Below, piece after piece: positions 54,350 to 64,000 of a stretch of 64,000 bases of DNA (the stretch's first letter is position 1; the number at the start of each line of letters is the position of its first letter). The notes under the pieces are model-generated. The model was given only the letters and a program-made list of their open reading frames with translations. It searched no databases and was not told where the DNA came from. The stretch spans positions 2,852,001-2,916,000 of the forward strand of contig NC_043013.1 in assembly GCF_006345805.1 (NCBI RefSeq), in the 5' to 3' direction. The position numbers and the translations under genes were made by a program. This DNA comes from Octopus sinensis (taxonomy: Eukaryota).

Positions 54350-54655
54350 GAAGGGACGTGGTTCAGTGGTTAAAGTGTTTGGCTCACGATCGTGAGGATG
54401 CGTTGTGTTCTTGAGCAAGACACTTTATTTCACTTTGCTTCAGTCGACTCAGGTGGCAAAAAAATGTGTCGTACCTGTATTTCAAAGGGCCAGCCTCGTC
54501 ATATTGTGTGTCAGGCTGAATATCGCCGAGGTGTACGTTAAGGGTACTCGTGTCTGTGGAATACTCAGTCACTTGCACGTTAATTCTACGATCAGGCTGT
54601 TTCGTTGATTCAAAATCAACTTGAGTTCTCGTCGTCGTAACCGACGGAATGCCAG
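54350..54655 (+). mobile_element. tRNA-derived SINE of a further family
   Basis: tggttcagtggttaaagtg head; ttgagcaagacactttatttcac CORE-like block. Confidence 0.6.
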
Positions 54656-54659
54656 TTGA

Positions 54660-54802
54660 TGTATGCATGCATTACGTGTGTATGTGTGTGTGTGTATGTA
54701 TGTATGTATGTATGTGTGTGTGTATGTACGTATGTATGTATGTATGTGTGTGTGTATGTACGTATGTATGCATGAATGTATGTATGTATGTATGTATCTG
54801 TG

Positions 54803-54833
<31 letters not shown>

Positions 54834-55010
54834 TCATGTATGTATGTATGTATGTATGTATGTATGTATGTATGTATGTATGTATGTATGTATTCATTTA
54901 TGTATGTATGTATGTATGTATGTATGTAGGTATGTATGTATGTATGTATGCATGCACGCATGCATGCATGTATGTACGTATGCATGCATGCATGCATGTA
55001 TGTATGTATG
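54660..55010. repeat. (TATG)n array
   Basis: Directly visible. Confidence 0.95.
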
Positions 55011-55235
55011 TTCTCTTTTTAATTTAGAGTAAATTTTGACCGGCGACCGACTTGGAAGCAAGATTGTGAAGGAAAGTATCATAATTTAACCGTCGTCCCT
55101 TAAATCTCAAGGTCTTTGCAGATTTTTATAACCCCAGATATCGTGATCATTTGTAGCCTATGAATTAAGGGTTTTCATTCTCTTCCCAAGATTTCAAGTT
55201 CAGCCATACTTTACTCCAGACGTATTGGGTATGTA

Positions 55236-55460
55236 CAGGGTGTTCAAAAGGTCTCTCCGCAGTGAATGTTTTTCATCTTGCGCATCACTATAGCGCTACT
55301 TCAAGAGTTTTTCGTTGACCGGATTAATTCGAAGGGACTTTGGCCACCAAGATCACTTGATTTCACATCGCCAGACTTTTTTTCTGGGGAGCAAGTAAAG
55401 GACCAGTGTACAAGAATCACCATTAAACACTTACTGCGGAGAGACTTTGTAAACACCCTG
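55236..55460 (+). mobile_element. 225-bp Tc1/mariner deletion derivative (MITE-like)
   Basis: 28-bp TIRs TA|cagggtgttcaaaaggtctctccgcagt / actgcggagagactttgtaaacaccctg|TA; retains RINSKGLWPPRSLDFTSPDFF. Confidence 0.85.
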
Positions 55461-55609
55461 TAATTATTGCTCCAATAACAATGAGTACGAAGTTGAAAGT
55501 GTATCTTGGGTACTGGATTTACAAACTCCTGATCAAATTGCTTGTGTATGTATGTATGTATGTATGTATGTATGTATGTATGTATGTATGTATGTATGTA
55601 TGTATGTAC

Positions 55610-57045
55610 GATTGAATGCATGTTATGGTAGTTATAGAACTATATGTCGTGTGGAAGTACTTACTCGCATAACCAAGTACTTTAATAAACTCCAGGTAAA
55701 TATATAAAGTTATAGTCGGGTCTAGTATCTGTGGATTACACATTAGATAAGCATATATGTTTTCTCTTTTACTCATCTTTAACATTATGTTAGAGTTTGC
55801 TGGACAATTGATATTTCTTCTTTATACACATTCCTTTTCACCTCCTACTTCATTAAGACTTTTTCAGAAACATTTCATTTGCATTATTTCATAAAATAGA
55901 GGTGTATGCCCTCTACATCATTGTAACTTTTTGTATTTTGATCTCCAGGGATATCGTTTCTATGGATTGCAGCTACACCATCAGCGTTGATCCCACAAAA
56001 TCTGAATCAAATGTCATACCTTGATGTTTTATCTACTTTCCTATTGTACATCAGCTACTTTGTTGTTATATCTTGTTCCTGGATTACAAAAGCATAAACG
56101 AGGGCTAATATATCGGTTTTTTGCCTATTGTAGATTAGTCAATTTAACTATGTTACAGTCACTTTGAAAGTTTCTAGCAACATACCTGTCAATAGCTTAT
56201 TGTTGATAAGCACAAATCTTTCGTCTGCAGTTTTATTGCGGTTTAGCTCGGCTGTATAACTTCCTTTATGTGTATACCTGATCATCAGTCAAGATTATTT
56301 TGCAAAGAACTCCATTATGTTGCAAAATATGATCCGTAGTTTGTAGGTTCTCTCGAAGAGATACGTGAGATTCAGAAACTGCTGGAATCGACGGTACACC
56401 TATATCTTTTTGTTTTCGTTTTATACAATGGCCATTAATATCACTATCGATGTTAGTTCTGGTGATTTTTAATAGTTTTAGGGCTTTAAACTCATTGACC
56501 TGGATCTCATCTACTGACCATTCAAGTTGCCAAAACGTTGGCATGTGAATGGGTACAGAAAACATTCATCTATTGTATGCATAGAGCTACGATGACCATG
56601 TTAATTATATAACCAGGTCGAGGCAGCGCGCTAGCAGAATGCTTAGCGATATTTCATTCGTTTTTGACGTTCTGGGTTTACGAGGTCGACTTTTCATCCT
56701 TTCGAGTCGATGAAATAAATACTAGTTGAACGGGGAGTGGGGGGTCGAATTACCCTCTCGCTCAAAATTTTAGGTCCTGTGCCTACAATAAAAAGAAATT
56801 ATATATCCAGGTGTTACATTCAAGGCTACCCGTTCCTTGTTACATGTTCCACTATAGGACATATTTTTATTCGCCGCCAGACACCCCAAGTATTTTTCAT
56901 CAGATATCGGAGAAATAGCCTTGCCATTGTTACAGATATTTGTTACTAGACAAATTGGTAATTTTTCCCTATTTTTACACTCAAGGAAATAATTATCTTG
57001 ACCAAACTTCAACCTTTGAAAATTATTACTTTTAGTAAAAGAATA

Positions 57046-57131
<86 letters not shown>

Positions 57132-58450
57132 TAATAATAATAAGTAGGTGTAAACACATGAACAAAATAAAAATAAACAAAAACAAATTACACGAACGTA
57201 TATAAACAGGAGATACAAATATTACAGGCACTTCTCCACACACACACACTAACTAAGCATAGACACACATAGAGGTATACGCATGCGCAAATGAAGACAC
57301 ATATGATAGGAATACAAAATACAAAATGGCTGACCGTTTGTAAGGAGAGACACACAAATAAGAAAGAAGAAAGCAAAGAACCACTGATAAGGTCACAGAG
57401 GTGTGACGAAAGAACTCTGGCCGAAATAAGATTAAGATTCATGTAAAAAATAAATAACACTTAAGCAAAGTAACACCTAATATATAGTGCGTGTGTTTTT
57501 ATTGGCTAAACTGGCAAAATGACCATTCCGAAATACAACAATAAAGGAGTAATTCCGAAGGAATAGGTTCAAGCAAGCTACATATATTTTAGTTCTTTGC
57601 CATGTGAATGTTTTTGTTTTTAAGTATAAACCTTATTTTTGCCGAATATAACTTAGAATATTTATACATCCACTTGATAATGAACCCTCGATAAAAGTCT
57701 ATTTTTCTTCAATTTGCTTTCTGGTCTTTTCTTATGCTTAAATTTTTATAAATGCATGCAATCTCAAAGGTATCACCATTTATAATGTGTACTTTTGGCT
57801 TAATGTAAGGGAAATTTCTTCTAGCCTGGTTAAATTCTTTATTTCTCATAAGTTTTTTTTCTTTTCTTCAATGAGTCCTTATCCTCCTGAGAAAGAGAAG
57901 CACATCATATCTCAATAAACTACAAAATGATCTCGACACATTTCTCACAAATTTATTTTCGGCCATTATCTTCAACTTTTTACTGACAGCTTTTAACTCC
58001 TGTTAGTCGGTGTTAAATTTACAGTCACGTGGTCTCCTTTCACTGTTTTCAAACACTTTTCAGCTTTATCTTTCAAGTTTTGCTTTTTGGGCGAGTATTG
58101 AAATTATTTACATGTTTATATTTGATAAGTATCTTTACACAACTGATAGTCTTCCATAAATTAATGTTATTTTGTTCTGCTTTCCACAGTCATGGTGGCA
58201 TTTCATTGTCTTGCCTTTCTTTACTTCCTTACTGTCTTTAGGTTATTGCTGTCTGGCTATAAACAAAGAATATAAACTGGCCTTTATTTGCCAAAGAGAT
58301 AGTTCATTATTCTCTCGTAAATTTTCACCCCAGACATTGTTGATCAGTATCAACATCAACTCTGTGGGTCTCTTATCAACACCAGTTAAATCTGGTCTGT
58401 CTTGAAGAGGGAGTTTTAACCCTTCTTATACCAATCCTCCTGAAACCACA
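55610..58450 (-). mobile_element. R4-clade retrotransposon copy A, degenerate, most domains represented
   Basis: N-term LPLQDRPDL...ELSLWQIKASLY (~58300); KNIHMAKN...VACLN (~57600); LKFGQDN...EKYLG (~56900); EWSVDEIQ...SDIN...KRKQKDIG (~56450); VIQEQDITTK...RFCG; INCPANSNIMLKMSKRENIY; 3' end abuts (TACA)n at 55545-55608. Confidence 0.75.
56615..56790 (+). mobile_element. Diverged Deu/Nin-like SINE nested in R4 copy A
   Basis: gaggtcgacttttcatcctttcgagtcgatgaaataa. Confidence 0.7.
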
Positions 58451-59099
58451 CCTAGTTCTACGATACAAAAAATTCTTTATTTCAAATTTATTTAGAAGGA
58501 TTTAAAATTTTATGTTAATCTTTATTCCAAACACCACTTTGATAATAACTATGTTAGTTTACCAAATTGTTTATTATTTTTAGAATTAGTTAAATTAAAG
58601 GCGGTGTAGTGCAACAGAAACATGCTAACAAAAGGGTTTCAAAAAAAGAATTTTTGGCTTAAAACATTTAAAAAAGAAAACAATTTAGTTGTTTATATTC
58701 TTCGCTTTCACAGCTCATAATACACTATTATTGTGCCAGCTGTTATCATTACTAGCAACTAAATGTGGACGGTTACTCTGAGGAAACATATTAACTCAGA
58801 ATCTGGGCTGTTGTCAGATGTGAGAAATCTTTGATTAAATCTAGCTATGTCTTAGTGTCTTAAATATTACCCGAGTACAGGTTCAGGTCATCAACAAAGA
58901 AGGTGGCATTACTATTTCTCTTCTCCACGTATTAATAATGTTGATATTTTCTGTATAAGGTTGACAGCTGTTTCACTACTAGAGAACAATCAGGAATACA
59001 GACAAGATGTTGCGCTGAAATATTTCAGTCGATAACCTAATTCTGTTTGTTATTATAGTAGCCACTTCAGTTGCTAGTAATAGTTGATTAGGTCATCTA

Positions 59100-60520
59100 T
59101 GTAAACATTTTTCTAATTGCTTCGGCTATAGATGGAAATTTGGCGAGCCGCCGTAACTGTAATATACACGGATAACGGACAGAGCCAAATATCATTGTAT
59201 TGTCCAACCTAGTATCAAAAGATTTCAGTAATTTTAGATTTCTTGAAAAGAAACTGAACTCCTATTCTTTTCCACCTACCTGCTAATCAGTTATCACATC
59301 GCAATGTTCTGGAAGAAATACATTCAAAGAACGGCTACGAGCCTACAGTTTTTGGTCACATGTGTCAGCTGGTTTTTAGGCACTTGTGGAGTCCGTCCAA
59401 ATATCAACCACTTTGGCACATCGAGCTCAATAACCATTGATCTTTTTGACAAAAGCTTTCCCGTAGAACGTGATCTCCGTGTACTAATATTGACTATCAA
59501 GTTCCTCCCATGTGATTTTTCATTCAATAGTTTTGTAACAACTACCAGGAGAATTCACTAGAAATGTCACATGTTTTGGGGGAGACTTTGAACAGTATTC
59601 AATCCCAATTACATTTAAATATAGTGTTCGTATTGAAGAACATTTGGTTTACCTGCGAGTGTCTCTTGCCGATAATTCACGTACAAAAGAGTTGATGGTG
59701 CTTCCTGGATTCATTATTCGCTTGGCATCTACTGATAGTATCCAAATTGCTGGATGTTTTCCCCGAAGAAGAGGCGTAATCCATTTTAGTTGTGTGTGGT
59801 TATTTCGATCGATCTCCCTTACTCTCAATAAACTAAGATATTCAACGTCCAAAACTGTTAGCTCAGTTTCTGCAGAGTGTTGTTTAGCAACTTGATTAAC
59901 CAAGGGTAATGTCAAGTCAATAGGTTTTCTATCAACTCATGATACAGTCGAGCGCTCATTTCGTGGTTTGTTGATGTTATTAATGAAATTCGACTTAGAG
60001 CCGTTTGTATCTTTCACTTAATTCTCTTTGTTCGGAAGCGGCAATGACATGTCTGTGTAATGGTGGCAGTCTTACTCTGTGTTGATGTAATTGTTATTTT
60101 ATTCACGCTTCCTGATTTTAGCATTTTCTCAAGGTTTGAATCCACTGGGCTGTTGATTCTGTCATTTGCTGTACATTTTTGATGGTTGATTTTACTAAAC
60201 AGGGCGGCAAAATTCTTCTCAAGAGACAAAGCTTAATGGTGCAACTGAAATATTTACATCTTAGAGACTTTTCATCCTCTTCGTGTAACAAACCTAAGGA
60301 ATTTTCATAGCCTTGGTATAGAATTTGGTATGTGGCTTGGTTCAATTCAAAATTCCACTAGAATTTCCCTCTATAGGTCCGCAACCAGTTTTTTTTTTGC
60401 TATGACGTCTGAAATAGTAATTCCACAAGCTGTTTATCAATTAAACTGTACTGCTTCACTATGGCTACGATCTTCTCGAAATAGAGAAAGAAGCTTAGCG
60501 AGTAGCATCCGTTGCAGGGA
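59100..60520 (-). mobile_element. R4-clade retrotransposon copy B, N-terminus to early RT
   Basis: LPLVNQV...HPAIWILSVD; VPKWLIFGRTPQVPKNQLTHVTKNCRLVAVL; FGSVRYPCIL...LAKFP; 5' end abuts the array at 60556. Confidence 0.7.
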
Positions 60521-60555
60521 AGAATAACTTGCAATAACTTGACCTCTCCGCCATA

Positions 60556-60989
60556 TGTGTATGAATGTATGTACGTACGTATGTACGTATGTATGTTTGT
60601 ATTTATTTATGTATGTATGTATGTATGTATGTATGTATGTATGTATGTATGTATGTATGTATGTATGTATGTATGTATGTATGTATTTATGTGTGTATGT
60701 ATGTATGTATGTATGTTTGTATTTATGTGTGTATGTATGTATGTTTGTATTTATGTATGTATGTATGTATGTATGTATGTATTTATGTATGTATGTATGT
60801 ATGTATGTAGGTATGTATGTATGTATGTATGTATGTATGTTTGTATTTATGTGTGTATGTATGTATGTATGTATGTATGTATGTATGTATGTATGTATGT
60901 ATGTAGGTATGTAGGTATGTATGTATGTATGTATGTATGTATGTATGTATGTACGTATGTATGTATGTATGTATATATGTATGTATGTA

Positions 60990-61022
<33 letters not shown>

Positions 61023-61250
61023 ATATTTGTCATTGTTCAATTTTATTTCAAGATTTCTTGCCAATAGAGAAAGAGACGGTTTCTGACCTTGATCTTAGGC
61101 TCCTTCATAAGAATTTCAACATCAAAATAGGGTGGTTGTGTTTGCTTGTATGTATGTATGTATGTATGTATGTATGTATGTATGTACGTATGTATGTGTG
61201 TGTGTGTATGTGTGTGTGGTGTGTGTGTGTGTGTGTATGTATATATGTGT
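60556..61250. repeat. (TATG)n arrays enclosing a ~115-bp non-repetitive island (61028-61145)
   Basis: Directly visible. Confidence 0.9.
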
Positions 61251-61254
61251 GTAC

Positions 61255-61845
61255 AGGTGCAGATTTGTATGTTTTATGTATGTATTCTCATGCATATAGT
61301 TGCATATCTAAACATGCTCATATATATTTAAATGATAAACTTCTGGAAAGTTTTAAAGATTTTTACAGTTCCAGTGATGGATTGAATCTGTAGTCTTCGA
61401 ATTAGCTTTCTCCTTTCTGGTTTTGAGAAGCCTAATTTCTCAAGATTGGTATTTAGGTAGTGTGTTACATATCACAGGGCCCCAATAATTACAGGCATAA
61501 ACCTGAACTTGTAATCTGGCTAGCGTAACTGCAGGTTTCTCAATAGTTCAGCATAGGTGTTCTCTTTATGTTAACATCTTCAGCTTTATGTTAGCATCCG
61601 CTGGGCAGCTAATTTCCACAACTCTGCACAGTTTTCCTTCTCTATCCCAAATCATTCTGTCAGATCTTTTGTGCTAACATTTTATTGAGGTCTCTACTGG
61701 AACATTTCACCTATTCTCCTTTTTATTATGAGTGGCTATGGTTTCAACCATGCTGTGGATTCTTATTTCCTTGTCCTCGGGGTTATCCTTCTTACGGATT
61801 TCATTATAGAGTATCCTAGATACGTCATAACTCATCGGTAGATAA
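61255..61845 (-). mobile_element. R4-clade copy C: restriction-like endonuclease and 3' UTR
   Basis: KRSDRMIWDREGKLCRVVEISCPADANIKLK...KENTYAELLRNLQL...FMPVIIGAL...LQIQSITGTVKIFKTFQKFII* (stop 61328-61330). Confidence 0.88.
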
Positions 61846-61852
61846 TACCGTA

Positions 61853-63480
61853 ATCATAACTGCATTTTCTTAATGGTAAAGTGACGTGGCTCAGATTCGA
61901 CTTCCTCTTCTTTATTTTGCTGCTCGTGAAGCACTATTAAATCTTCGATAGTCAGGGGCTGCTTGTCTGTTTCAAAGAAATCTGTGAAATCCTCCTCCTC
62001 CAAATCCATTTCCAGTTCTTTGCTCGTAGTCACCAACGTTTTGTTAATGACAACATTATCAAACCCCTTAAAATCATTCATGAATTACAGACATAGCTTC
62101 TTCCATACACCATTCATAGCTATGCTCTGTACGTCATTCCATGCCTTTGTTATGTTCTGTACAGCTTTGTAGATATCGTATTTATTATAAAATTCACGAA
62201 ATGTTATGGACTCATCAAGATCTGTTGCAGCTATTGCTTGCCACAGTGTACGCCTCATATAGAAACGCTTGAAGATAGCATTTATTCCCTGATCCATTGG
62301 CTGCAGAAGAGACGTGGTGTTTGGTGGGAGGTATACGACGTTAACGTTGGGGTAAAAATCCATGATGTTTTGCGGGTGGCCAGGAGCATAATCTAAGATA
62401 AGTAACACCTTAAAAGGAATTCCTTTCTCCCTTCGGTACTTCTCTGCTGCTGGGATAAAATGATCGAAGAACCAATCTTCAAGAATAACAATAGTAACCC
62501 ATGCTTGAGAATTAGCCATCCATATAACAGGGAGAGATGCCTTGGATATGTTCTTCAAGGCACGGGGGTTGTGTGCATGATACACAAGTAATGGCTTTAG
62601 CTTAAAATTACCTCCCAACATAATGGTCACACGTTCTTTTTAGATTTTGTAGCCTTGAATAGTTTTCTCCTTCTTGGAAATGAATGAACGGTTTGGAAAA
62701 TTTTTCCGATGCAATCAAGTTTCGTCTACGTTTAAAATCTGTTCGGAAAGAAACCCGTTTTCTTCGATGATTTCCTTTAATGCATTAGGAAATTCCGCTG
62801 CTGCTTGTTTGTCAGCTGATGCACTTTCACCTTGCTTCTTAATGAAGTGATAACTTCGCTCCTTAAATCTCATGAACCATCCTTGACTTGCTTTGAACCC
62901 TACATCTTTCTCATCTGGATATTTTTTTTTTTAGGTCATCAAACAAAGACAACGCTTTCTCTTGAATGATTTCTTGACTAATAGCAGCACGCTGACGATT
63001 CAACCTAACAATCCAAAGAGAAAGAAGAATTTCCATTTCTTCGAAGATTTTTGCCTCTTTTCTTATTGATGACCGTGCTCTTCATCCCTGGGGTTTTAGA
63101 TTTGATAGGGGCTAAAAATCTTGTCCTTCTTATGTACAATCGTCGATACAGTTGCCCGACTCATCCCAAAGGATCGTGCAATTGCTACCACTTTATCACC
63201 TTTTTCATGGCGTTTTATCACAGCCAGTTTATCTTCCAGCGTTATAGCATGACGCTTAGCACTTTCACTCTGAATTTTCGTAGGAGCCATGGGGGGCGAA
63301 AAAATAAAGTCACAAATGAATGAGAATGAGAAAGTAGCCAATAAATAGACGTAAACAAACTTGAATTCAAGGCAATCGCGGGAATCACGAATGACAATGG
63401 CGCCTAACGGTAGATATTGGAACTACAGTGCAATATGAGCTCTGAAAGACCGATAAAAAAGACAACACAGCTGATTTCAC
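61853..63480 (-). mobile_element. Tigger/pogo transposon, pseudogenised (TIGD1-like)
   Basis: ATG 63290 MAPTK...ITLEDKLAVIKRHEKG (CENP-B-like HTH); DETR-like motif; FKLKPLLVYH...AWVT...LLILDYAPGHP...LPPNTTSLLQPMDQG; TIRs not seen. Confidence 0.92.
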
Positions 63481-63485
63481 TCGCG

Positions 63486-63897
63486 GGAGTGGCTGAGTGG
63501 TAAGTAGCTTACTTCCCAACCACATGGTTCCGGGTTCAGTCCCACTGCGTGGCATCTTGGGCAAGTGTCTTCTACTATAGCCTCGGGCCGACCAAAGACT
63601 TGTGAGTGGATTTGGTAGGCGGAAACTAAAGGAAGCCCGTCGTATATATATATATATATAATATATATATATGTGTGTGTGTGTGTTTGTGTGTCTGTGT
63701 TTGTCCCCCCCAACATCGCTTGACAATTGATGCTGGTGTGTTTATGTCCCAGTAACTTAGCGGTTCGACAAAAGAGACTAATAGAATAAGTGCTAGGCTT
63801 ACAAAGAATAAGTCCTGGGGTCGATTTACTCGACTAAAGGCGGTGCTCCAGCATGGCCACAGTCAAATGACTGAAACAAGTAAAAGAGTAAAGAGTA
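63486..63897 (+). mobile_element. Full-length CORE-like tRNA-derived SINE
   Basis: ggagtggctgagtggtaag A box, gggttcagtcc B-box-like, tcttgggcaagtgtcttc CORE-like block, internal (TA)/(TG), tail gtaaaagagtaaagagta. Confidence 0.92.
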
Positions 63898-64000
63898 AGC
63901 TGCACTACTTTATGGTGTGTATCCTAACATTTACTGTACGTATTTTAATATGATTTTATATTCCTTTTTTCTTATTTGTTGTACAGTAACATGATTTTAT

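Noticed and set aside
60480-60556. HDV-like ribozyme at the 5' end of R4 copy B (starts GGCGGAG, contains GCTAA)
   Set aside because: Expected from R2/R4 biology, but I could not form P1 or P3 pairings.

Overview
AT-rich animal genomic DNA, most likely an octopus or related cephalopod (inferred from SINE families, Deu/Nin- and CORE-like SINE domains and extreme microsatellite load; not verified by search). I found no intact host protein-coding gene; nearly all ORFs in the supplied track are microsatellite artefacts. The window is a mosaic of simple repeats and decayed mobile elements: Tc1 (DD34E), maT-like and mariner fragments, Tigger/pogo, hAT, Helitron-type non-autonomous elements, several tRNA-derived SINE families, an RTE 3' end, at least six fragments of R4/Dong-clade restriction-like-endonuclease retrotransposons sitting in (TACA)n or (TAA)n arrays, and many Penelope-like terminal repeats abutting (TA)n. 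The most notable signal is RNA-level: a dozen hammerhead-ribozyme (HHR)-like motifs. These include one with a fully intact core and an unusually long branched helix II (21267-21377), a minimal HHR family in which four of five copies carry U at core position 6, and an HHR split by a SINE insertion. Also notable are 184-bp tandem SINE arrays sharing one junction at three loci. All structures and alignments were read by eye.
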